Below are positions 56,686 through 63,761 of a stretch of 64,000 nt of DNA, one piece after another; position 1 is the first letter of the stretch, and every line of letters begins with the position of its first letter. Origin of the DNA: Pseudomonadota bacterium (lineage in GTDB: Bacteria; Pseudomonadota; Alphaproteobacteria; Sphingomonadales; Sphingomonadaceae); contig JAJZQN010000019.1 in NCBI GenBank assembly GCA_021847605.1, positions 485 through 64,484 of the forward strand. Reading direction: 5' to 3'. Made by a program: the position numbers and the translations under genes. The notes under the pieces are model-generated. The model was not told the origin of the DNA and searched no databases. It saw only the letters and a program-made list of their open reading frames with translations.

Positions 56686-57368
56686 CGGTTTTCTCCTTCT
56701 TCGGCGAGCCGTGCTCGCTCATATTCCGCCCTCGCGAACACGTCCCACGATGGCGGCGGTGGTGCGGGCATTGCCTGTGGCGGCCCTGCTGGGGACGTGT
56801 TTTCCTCGACCAGCGCGGCGAGCTGCGCAGCCGCGCTCGACCCTCCGCTAGTATCGGTGGCGGGCATCGGTTCACCGATGCGAACGGCGGCGGGCTGGAT
56901 GCCGTCCGAGACGCCGGCATTGCCGACTACCCGCCCGACATAGCCGTTCGAAAAGCCACGCGACTGCGATCCCGTATTGTACATCGATAAAGCGATGCGG
57001 AGCGCGCGCTGCGGGTGAAGTCCGGCGCGCACGCTGTGATAGTTGCCCGAGAGAACCGCTCCGGCAGCGGCGATGTTCGTGCAAGGATCGAACACATTGT
57101 CCCAGGTCAGACCCAGGGCCTTCATGTTGCGGGAGTTGATCTGGCCAAGGCCGAGATCAACCGAGTGACCCTTGCCGATATAGTGACGAGCGAGCGCCAC
57201 CGCCTGCTCACGGCTTGTCGGGACGATCTTGCGACCGAGACCGTTGACGTTGATCGCCCATTCGAAGCCTTGGCTTTCCGTTTGAACGATCGCCGCGATC
57301 GTTGCTGGAGCCACACTCGGCGCGCATTGCGCTGCCAGACCCATGATGACCGCGGCGGGGAGCGTCAT
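56682..57368 (-). CDS. virB1: VirB1-type lytic transglycosylase
   Basis: ATG at 57368 gives the signal peptide MTLPAAVIMGLAAQCAP. SLT motifs IVQTESQG and GLGQINS. Confidence 0.85.
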   Translation of the reverse strand: MTLPAAVIMGLAAQCAPSVAPATIAAIVQTESQGFEWAINVNGLGRKIVPTSREQAVALARHYIGKGHSVDLGLGQINSRNMKALGLTWDNVFDPCTNIAAAGAVLSGNYHSVRAGLHPQRALRIALSMYNTGSQSRGFSNGYVGRVVGNAGVSDGIQPAAVRIGEPMPATDTSGGSSAAAQLAALVEENTSPAGPPQAMPAPPPPSWDVFARAEYERARLAEEGENR

Positions 57369-57729
57369 TACCGCTCCAATGTCTTTGACCCAAGGGGACT
57401 GCCCGGCTGCGCCGTACTTTCCAAATGGGATTTGGGTGCCGCTCCCCGCCCCCCATAGGCGGCATGAAGAGCGAAGTTGAGCCGACCCGATTGGCTGCCG
57501 CGCGGGAGGTTCCTGCAGTTCGGCGTGCTGGTGACGCGAACCGGACCGGAGGCGAACGAAGCCGTCATGAGGCGGCAGCCGCGAGCGATGTAAACAAGCG
57601 ATAAGCCATGTTTTCACTCCACTGGTGAACAAGGCTAAATCGCTATTGGAGCGAGGGCTAGTCCGAAAATGCCCCGGTTGCTCGCTTCATCCCTCTTTGA
57701 GAACGGTTCGCAGATTGGTCCGATTTGGC

Positions 57730-58017
57730 TCAGAATGTAGTTGCGTCCTGTAATCCCGTGAACGGGTGGACGTGAATCACGCCTTCATAGCCATACCCCA
57801 ACACTATATGTCGGATGGCCGAAGAAGCCTTTTTATACAATCGGATACGTTTCTTATCATAGAGGCCGACGTGATAGAGTGCGGTGCCGCGCCAGCTCAC
57901 GCGGACATTGATATGCCACTTGCCAGACTCGTGCTGACAGACGTGAACGTCAGTCATCGTCCCGCCTGGAGGGCGTTGCGTCGTCAGCTCGCGTTCCAGT
58001 ATGAGTTCTAATTCCAT
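57730..58017 (-). CDS. small hypothetical protein (low-GC)
   Basis: 95 aa counted from the ATG at 58017. Divergent from the primase-like gene. No family recognised. Confidence 0.4.
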   Translation of the reverse strand: MELELILERELTTQRPPGGTMTDVHVCQHESGKWHINVRVSWRGTALYHVGLYDKKRIRLYKKASSAIRHIVLGYGYEGVIHVHPFTGLQDATTF

Positions 58018-58111
58018 TGCCACCCTGCTAAAGCGATTTGACTGGTTTTCGCTGGCGCGCATTGCCCCCGCGCTCTACCAACTATGCGTCCTGTAACGGA
58101 GGTGTCCATAG

Positions 58112-58996
58112 ATGGCGCGACGTGAGTCAGCTTCGATCGAGGAGCAGGCGGACCGCATCGTCCGTCAACTTGGCGGAAAGTGGCAAGGTGATTTCGCCAT
58201 GTGCCGGTGTCCGGCGCACGCAGACGGGAAGGCCAGCCTGTCGATACGTGTTGGCGAGCGTGCCGTTCTCTTCCATTGTTTTGCCGGTTGCACGGCCGAC
58301 GCGATCATGTCGGCGTTACGGACAGGCAAGATCCTCGCGCCCGCCAATCACGACCCAGGGCAGCGTCAGGACAGCAAGACGGACCTCAACAAGCTCGCGC
58401 TCGCGGTCTGGCGTCACGCCGAACCCTTCGCTGGCACACTGGCCGATCGCTACCTGCGCGAGGGGCGGTCGATCTTTCCTGATGGGATCAACGCTCGTTT
58501 CGACCCTCGCTGCCAATGCGGTGCTGGTGCCGCTAAGGCTTTTGCGCCTGCCCTTATTGTCCCTATCGAGGAGGACGCCGGCGTCGTCGCGATCCATCGC
58601 ACCTTCCTGCGCCCTGATGGCCGCTGGAAAGCCGATATGGACGAACCCAAGCGAATGCTTGGTAATCCCGGCGTCGGCGCGGTGCGTTGGGGTGGCGTAC
58701 CGCTCGACGGCATCTTGCGGCTCGCCGAAGGCGTCGAGGACGCCGCCAGCGTGATGAACATGCTGGAGCCAGGCCGCTTTGTATGGCCCGTTCTCGGGAT
58801 CGAACGGTATCAGGCTGTCGCGATCCCGGAGAGCGTGCACACCGTCGTCATCTATAGCCAGCATGGGGCCGAGGCAGCGCGCGCGATCGAGCGCGCCACT
58901 CCGCATCTGGCGGCCAACGGCCGCCAGCTCGCCGTGAAGCCACCGCCCCATGCTGGCGACTGGAACGATCTGCTGCGCGAGATCCGTTCGCTATGA
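58112..58996 (+). CDS. Zinc-finger plus Toprim primase-like protein
   Basis: N-terminal CRCPAHADGKASLSI...FHCFAGC zinc motif. C-terminal Toprim context (LRLAEGVEDAASV, HAGDWNDLL). Confidence 0.75.
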   Translation: MARRESASIEEQADRIVRQLGGKWQGDFAMCRCPAHADGKASLSIRVGERAVLFHCFAGCTADAIMSALRTGKILAPANHDPGQRQDSKTDLNKLALAVWRHAEPFAGTLADRYLREGRSIFPDGINARFDPRCQCGAGAAKAFAPALIVPIEEDAGVVAIHRTFLRPDGRWKADMDEPKRMLGNPGVGAVRWGGVPLDGILRLAEGVEDAASVMNMLEPGRFVWPVLGIERYQAVAIPESVHTVVIYSQHGAEAARAIERATPHLAANGRQLAVKPPPHAGDWNDLLREIRSL

Positions 58997-59592
58997 AATT
59001 GTTTCCTGGAGCGACGCGGTTCCAACGATGGACGATGGGGGCGACGTTCATGATCGTGGCAACCTATGCAATCTCGCAGAACAAGCAGTCGCTCGTCGAA
59101 GTCTCGAAAACAAGATTGTCTTCGCCAAGTCCTAGGATCATCGATGGGGATACGATTGATTTTCCCAATGGACGGGTTCGCGTCGTCGGCATCGATGCGC
59201 CCGATGATGATCTGCCACAGCTAAAGGCCATCTCCAGCGAGGCGTTGCGCGGGCTGGCGCTCCGGGACGGCGGAATGGACTGCTCGGTGTCTATGTTTGA
59301 CTATGCGCTGCGGCGGGAGAAGCAGTGCCGCACCGATCCGAAAAGCTACGGGCGGTTGAATCTGGCGTGTCGTTTTCCCGCCAATAAGGCGAGCGTGGGG
59401 GCAACGATGGTCGCCCAAGGCTATGCCGTCGACTACCGCATTTTCTCCGGTGGAGCCTATGTCGAGCTGATGCAGAAGGCGGCAGCGCAGCGGGCAGGAT
59501 TATGGGGCGTGGACTATGAGGGAATGCGTCAGCTTGCTGTTCGCAGGGCGCAGGTGCCGCAGGGATGTAGCACAGGGACGATCAAGAAATAG
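58993..59592 (+). CDS. Thermonuclease (SNase)-family nuclease
   Basis: IIDGDTIDFPNGRVRVVGIDAPD matches the SNase motif. N-terminal TM/signal segment. The start overlaps the upstream stop (ATGA). Confidence 0.75.
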   Translation: MKLFPGATRFQRWTMGATFMIVATYAISQNKQSLVEVSKTRLSSPSPRIIDGDTIDFPNGRVRVVGIDAPDDDLPQLKAISSEALRGLALRDGGMDCSVSMFDYALRREKQCRTDPKSYGRLNLACRFPANKASVGATMVAQGYAVDYRIFSGGAYVELMQKAAAQRAGLWGVDYEGMRQLAVRRAQVPQGCSTGTIKK

Positions 59593-59600
59593 GCTGCACA

Positions 59601-59930
59601 ATGCTTGAACGCGGATCGCCAAGAGCGGCATTGATCGGCCGCTGGGGGATGGCCCTCACACTTGTTACCGGCGCGGTCCTGATCGGCCGCCTGATCCGTA
59701 ATTTCCCCTATCTCCTGCCCAATCGGCTTCCTGGCCTTGTCCTATACGAGCTGGGTCCGGCGCTGATCTTGGTTGCTGCGGTCGGCAGCGCCGTGGTCTT
59801 CACCAAGGAAGACGGACCGCGCCTTGGCATCCCTGCGCGGCTCGTGCTGTTTGCACTCGTCGCGACGATCGCCGGGACCGCTACCCTTGCTGCCGAATAT
59901 GCTGCCGCTCTCGACGGGCAATGGCTATGA
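59601..59930 (+). CDS. small membrane protein
   Basis: 109 aa with three predicted hydrophobic helices. Confidence 0.45.
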   Translation: MLERGSPRAALIGRWGMALTLVTGAVLIGRLIRNFPYLLPNRLPGLVLYELGPALILVAAVGSAVVFTKEDGPRLGIPARLVLFALVATIAGTATLAAEYAAALDGQWL

Positions 59931-59936
59931 ACACGA

Positions 59937-59956
59937 GGTGTGCCACGTGGCACACC
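59937..59956. repeat. 20-bp perfect palindrome GGTGTGCCACGTGGCACACC (parS-like), copy 2
   Basis: Exact copy, intergenic, upstream of the ORF at 60005. Confidence 0.9.
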
Positions 59957-60004
59957 CCTATCGCGAGACCTACATGGCGTCGCGATGACTTTTGCGAGGG
60001 TGTG

Positions 60005-60262
60005 ATGCCGATAGAGCCTTTCGTTCTTATTGTTGCCGATCACGACAGGCGCGTCTTTTCGGTCGAGGGGCCGATGGTGGACGACAACCCGTGGTCAAAG
60101 CCGGTCGTCGATGCTCAAGATGGCGGCAAGCGCCACATCAACTGCTTCGTTCCCGGTGGCCCCTCGCGCACCGACGTAGAGACCGCCGCGCGCGAATATC
60201 AGCGTGAATATGGGTATGCGCGTGTTGAGGCGGGATCGATCGTCAGCCGCAAACCCTGCTAA
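60005..60262 (+). CDS. small hypothetical protein
   Basis: 85 aa counted from the ATG at 60005. The parS-like palindrome lies 49 nt upstream. Confidence 0.45.
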   Translation: MPIEPFVLIVADHDRRVFSVEGPMVDDNPWSKPVVDAQDGGKRHINCFVPGGPSRTDVETAAREYQREYGYARVEAGSIVSRKPC

Positions 60263-60283
60263 GGTCACAGGAACCGGCATCAA

Positions 60284-61156
60284 TCAACCTGGTTCGTTCA
60301 TGCTATCTATCTGGCGCATTTGACCCGCCAAGCCGCTCAGACGGCCCTTCAGGCGTTGATCGCCGCTGCCGGGCTGCTGGAGGGCCAACCTCGTCTGACG
60401 GTGCTTCAGGCGCTGGCGATTGGGCACGACGACCTTCCCGTCGCGAACGACGACACCCGTGATCTCCGCTGGCCGATCCACATAGTGCTTGAGCTTGTGA
60501 TAGCGCAGCCCTGTCCGGTGGATCATGCGCCGCACATGCCAAACATCTGCTACGGGCACTTTCGCGCCGGAAATTGTCACGTCATCGACATAGACCGTCA
60601 GCGTGTAGCCCTTGGCCGTGCAGAACGCCGCGATCTCGGCCCACATATCGTGATAGCTATAATATGCCAGGATCGGGCTGAGGGGACTGCCCGTCGGCAA
60701 ATGACCCTCGAACGTGCAAAGATCACCAAGAAGGCCGGCAACGTCGGCGCGGCATCCCATGATGCTTTGGAAGAACGCGATCACCCGCACACGGGGCGTG
60801 TTGGGGAAGAACTTCTTGATGTCGAGGCAGTGAACGACGCGGTTGCCGCGATGGCGCGCGGCATTGCTGACGTAGCATCGTCCCTTCACCGGGCAGAACA
60901 GAAAAGATGGCGGCTCGATCCGCGCCAGCATCTTGGCGATACGGCCCTGTACACGCTTGAGCGGCGCGACCGGATCTTCAACCGGACGTTTTCCGCCACT
61001 CTTCTTCTCAATCTCAAACTGCCGATACCGATCCGGCCCGGTCGCCATTGCCCGCAGCTCAGCTTCTGCAAGGCCGAGCACGTCAGCGAGGCGGCGCGGA
61101 CTCGTGAGCTTATAGAGCTGCGACTGATTGAGCGGGATGACCGTCTTATTCGGCAT
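60284..61156 (-). CDS. Retron-type reverse transcriptase
   Basis: 290 aa. Motifs NAARH (NAxxH), LDIKKFFPN (RT motif A), LPTGSPLSP (motif B), YVDD (motif C) and EITGVVV (VTG-like). The N-terminal ...YRQFEIEKKSGGKRPV..PVAPLKRVQ pattern matches retron RTs. Confidence 0.8.
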   Translation of the reverse strand: MPNKTVIPLNQSQLYKLTSPRRLADVLGLAEAELRAMATGPDRYRQFEIEKKSGGKRPVEDPVAPLKRVQGRIAKMLARIEPPSFLFCPVKGRCYVSNAARHRGNRVVHCLDIKKFFPNTPRVRVIAFFQSIMGCRADVAGLLGDLCTFEGHLPTGSPLSPILAYYSYHDMWAEIAAFCTAKGYTLTVYVDDVTISGAKVPVADVWHVRRMIHRTGLRYHKLKHYVDRPAEITGVVVRDGKVVVPNRQRLKHRQTRLALQQPGSGDQRLKGRLSGLAGQMRQIDSMNEPG

Positions 61157-61451
61157 GGGTCCGACCGGACCGAGCCTCGAGGAATTGAAGCAGGCTCACC
61201 ACCTTGCCAGCGACAAAGGTCCGTGCCTGGTCGAGCGTGCTCTTCTGATCGAGGTTCTCCGAAAAGAACATGATCGACGAGACAGGCATGTCGAAGACAG
61301 TGGCATAGCGCTGGATGATGTCCAGCGTGGGCGTCTTCAGGCCGCGTTCGATTTCCGACAGATACGACGTCGAAACCTCCAACCGCTCAGCCGCCTGCTT
61401 CTGCTTGAGGTCGTGATAGACTCGGATCAAGCGAAGAGCTTCACCCAACAT
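61146..61451 (-). CDS. XRE-family HTH protein
   Basis: ATG at 61451 lies after aaggag. HTH_3 pattern (LKQKQAAERLEVSTSYLSEIERGLKTPTLD). The stop overlaps the RT start by 11 nt. Confidence 0.8.
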   Translation of the reverse strand: MLGEALRLIRVYHDLKQKQAAERLEVSTSYLSEIERGLKTPTLDIIQRYATVFDMPVSSIMFFSENLDQKSTLDQARTFVAGKVVSLLQFLEARSGRTHAE

Positions 61452-61486
61452 TGCATCTCCTTTCAGGAGGCTATTCAGGGTGCGAA

Positions 61487-61660
61487 TTACTGGCGGAAAA
61501 CCTTGATGATGGAGAGGGCGATGTGGAGCAGTTGCACCACCACTCGCCCCAAGGCCACCACCGTCTTCAAAGTGGACGGACGGATCAGGCGCTTTGCCCA
61601 ATGCTGCCGTCGCACCGTCTTCGTTCGCGCACGCTTCTCGTTCAGACCAAGCTTTCGCAT
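61487..61660 (-). CDS. 57-aa basic protein with hydrophobic C-terminal helix
   Basis: ATG at 61660 lies 5 nt after gaggagg. GC-rich third positions. N-terminal half is K/R-rich. C-terminal TVVALGRVVVQLLHIALSIIKVF is TM-like. Confidence 0.55.
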   Translation of the reverse strand: MRKLGLNEKRARTKTVRRQHWAKRLIRPSTLKTVVALGRVVVQLLHIALSIIKVFRQ

Positions 61661-61901
61661 GGCGTCCTCCTCTGCCAACCCCCACACCATGCAGAGGCGC
61701 CGCCGAGGCTTTGGAGGGTGGGGTAGAAGCACGTTAACCCTGAACACCAAGGCGGACACCGGGCCGTCCGGTGGCCGCCCGCGGCGCCGCTCGCTCGCAC
61801 GCACGGAGCCACAAAGCAGAGAAGGTTTCTTCTCCAGGAGGGGGTTCCCCCTCGGTTGATGGCGACACATCCCCTTTCAAACTGAACGAGAGTGTGATGC
61901 C

Positions 61902-61918
61902 CTAGCGCACTTCGCTAG
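61902..61918. promoter_or_regulatory. Palindrome CTAGCG-N5-CGCTAG next to a TTGACT hexamer (candidate operator)
   Basis: On the minus strand, TTGACT is immediately followed by AGCGAAGTGCGCTAG. This is the only AT-rich patch of the RT-module leader. Confidence 0.35.
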
Positions 61919-61924
61919 TCAACG

Positions 61925-61952
61925 AATAAAATCCGCTCACAGCGAATTTATT
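61925..61952. repeat. AT-rich imperfect inverted repeat AATAAA..CGCT-cac-AGCG..TTTATT
   Basis: Seen directly in the sequence. It adjoins the 61902-61918 palindrome. Confidence 0.5.
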
Positions 61953-62229
61953 GCTCTGCTTAAGCGGCGGCCGACGACGTTCCGCCCTTCCCTGCCATGC
62001 GACTGGACGACTCGATGCCAATCTACCGGCGAGCAGGTCATTATGTCTGAAGCTTGCGGGCTGCGTGCCAGTGCCGCAGATAAGCCAAGGGCCGCCCTTT
62101 TGAGGCGGCCCCGACCATTTAGTTCCCTCGCGGGAAACGGACACTCCCCAGGGGGAGGCCGCGCGTGCTCCCCATGTAGAAACCCATCCCTTACGATTCA
62201 ACTAAAATCTGAAAGGACATCAACCGGCC

Positions 62230-62679
62230 TTACGCGCCGGAACCGGTGGGCGTAGGCGGCACCCCCTGAGGCGGCGACGGGGGCGTCGAGGGCACGGGCA
62301 GCCAGGCCAACACAAGGCGCAGCATGTCGTCGAACTCCCCGACCGGCATTCGCATGATGCCGCCTTTGTCAGGGATTAGCCGGCTCACTGCCACGGTCGT
62401 CAGCTTGTCGCAGATCGCGAACGCCGCCCGACCGTCAATCGTGGTCTGCAGCGGAAAGGCCCACTTGTTTCCTGGCTGCGCTGCCGTCGAGCAGGGCACC
62501 ACCGTGACCGCGCCATGCAGCGTGTTCTTGAACGACACGATGATGACGGGGCGCCGCTTCCAGAACTCCGGGAGCTGGGCGTCTTGCGGAAAGTCACACC
62601 AGTAGAGCTGACGGATGCTTGGCGCGGCCGTAACCCTCGGTTCCACTTTCGGGGGTGGATCTTGGATATGCGCGTTCAC
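62230..62679 (-). CDS. PemK/MazF-fold toxin-like protein with Pro-rich C-terminal tail
   Basis: LYWCDFP...E..KRRPVIIVS...VTVVPCST pattern. The GTG start overlaps the upstream stop (GTGA). Confidence 0.7.
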   Translation of the reverse strand: MNAHIQDPPPKVEPRVTAAPSIRQLYWCDFPQDAQLPEFWKRRPVIIVSFKNTLHGAVTVVPCSTAAQPGNKWAFPLQTTIDGRAAFAICDKLTTVAVSRLIPDKGGIMRMPVGEFDDMLRLVLAWLPVPSTPPSPPQGVPPTPTGSGA

Positions 62680-63161
62680 TCGTCGTCATCCTGTACCAGA
62701 CGCAGCTTAGGCGCCCCGGCCCGGTTCTGACGGCGCTTCGCCAGCTCGGCCTTGTCCTTGATCTCAGCCAGCTTCTCGACCGCGAACGGCGCTACTGCCT
62801 TAATCAGCCCATCGAGATGGTAGATGTTGGTGCGGCTGCCGGTTTCGGTCCGCCGCTCCTCGCGACGGATATACCCTGCCCCCTCCAGCGCAGCGATGTG
62901 CTTCTGGATCGTGCGCGGATGAACGTCCATCGCCTTCGCCATCGTGGTCTTGGACGGAAAGGGCTTGCCCTCCGCCGTCCACCATTTGCTCGCCAGATAC
63001 ACGATGATGTTGAGATCGAGCGGCGACAGCATGAGCTGGCGCTGATTTTCGATGATGACGCTCGGCAATGCAGTCCAGCCCGCATCCATCAGCGGCTTGG
63101 TCCACTTCTTCTCATTCGTTCGCAGATCGGCGCTGCTGTCCTTTTGCTTTTTCGCAGCCAT
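62676..63161 (-). CDS. winged-HTH protein (candidate antitoxin/regulator)
   Basis: ATG at 63161 lies after aaagga. MAKAMDVHPRTIQKHIAALEGAGYIRRE is a wHTH pattern. Translationally coupled to the PemK-like gene. Confidence 0.6.
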   Translation of the reverse strand: MAAKKQKDSSADLRTNEKKWTKPLMDAGWTALPSVIIENQRQLMLSPLDLNIIVYLASKWWTAEGKPFPSKTTMAKAMDVHPRTIQKHIAALEGAGYIRREERRTETGSRTNIYHLDGLIKAVAPFAVEKLAEIKDKAELAKRRQNRAGAPKLRLVQDDDE

Positions 63162-63216
63162 GTGATTATCCTTTCTGGCTGCAAATATGCCCCTCGCGCG
63201 AAGGGGATTCAAGTTT

Positions 63217-63265
63217 GAGGGGGCGGCACTAGGGGCGCCCCACAGGGCGCGCAGGCCGCCCCCTC
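63217..63265. repeat. Strong GC-rich nested hairpin
   Basis: 11-bp arms GAGGGGGCGGC and GCCGCCCCCTC enclose an inner GGCGCCC-caca-GGGCGC hairpin. Confidence 0.7.
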
Positions 63266-63441
63266 CCCGGCCCTTTGGACCGCCCACCCGGGAGCCACAC
63301 GGGGCCTACAAAGCATAGGACATCCCCATATAGGAACCGCTCAGGGTACACTCCTGGCGTATCAACCGAGGATAAACCCAGCGGGAGCCCCCACGGCCTC
63401 CCCCTCTCCCCGTGTTTTCCTATTCGCGCTGCCGCAAGGCA

Positions 63442-63461
63442 GGTGTGCCACGTGGCACACC
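63442..63461. repeat. 20-bp perfect palindrome GGTGTGCCACGTGGCACACC (parS-like), copy 3
   Basis: Exact copy, in the 600-bp region between the wHTH gene and ardC. Confidence 0.9.
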
Positions 63462-63761
63462 CCCCATGACACGCCTGGAGCGTGGCACAGCTTGTTGGGC
63501 ACGCTGCCCTCCCCCGGAGGCCAGACCGGTGCCGGGGAACACCAAGGGCGGCTGCCCTTTCGTTCCCGAACGACAATCAGGCCCCCCGTGTAATCCGCCA
63601 AACGCGGCACCCGACGCCCTGCGGAGCGTCGGCCGCGCTAGGCGGCTCGCCCGCGCCAGAGGCCAGATTCTCGCCCTCCCTCCCCATCCCGTTCCTCGCC
63701 GGAAAGGCAGAGCCGGTTGCTGTTGCGACCGGCTTTCAGCCTCAAAGGAAAGGAAGACATC

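Noticed and set aside
57742-58096. 12-nt direct repeat TGCGTCCTGTAA at 57742 and 58085
   Set aside because: My rough estimate is that about one such 12-mer pair within a few hundred bp is expected by chance in a window of this size. One copy lies inside coding sequence.
61902-62255. ORFs of 99 aa (minus strand) and 70 aa (plus strand) inside the RT-module leader
   Set aside because: Neither has an RBS. Their composition is low-complexity and R/P/G-rich. The region is better explained as structured non-coding DNA.
63483-63497. Sigma-54-like TGGCAC-N5-GTTGG next to palindrome copy 3
   Set aside because: The -12 element is GTTG/TTGG instead of TTGC, and the spacing is off by one. It is a single occurrence, and no bEBP gene is visible.
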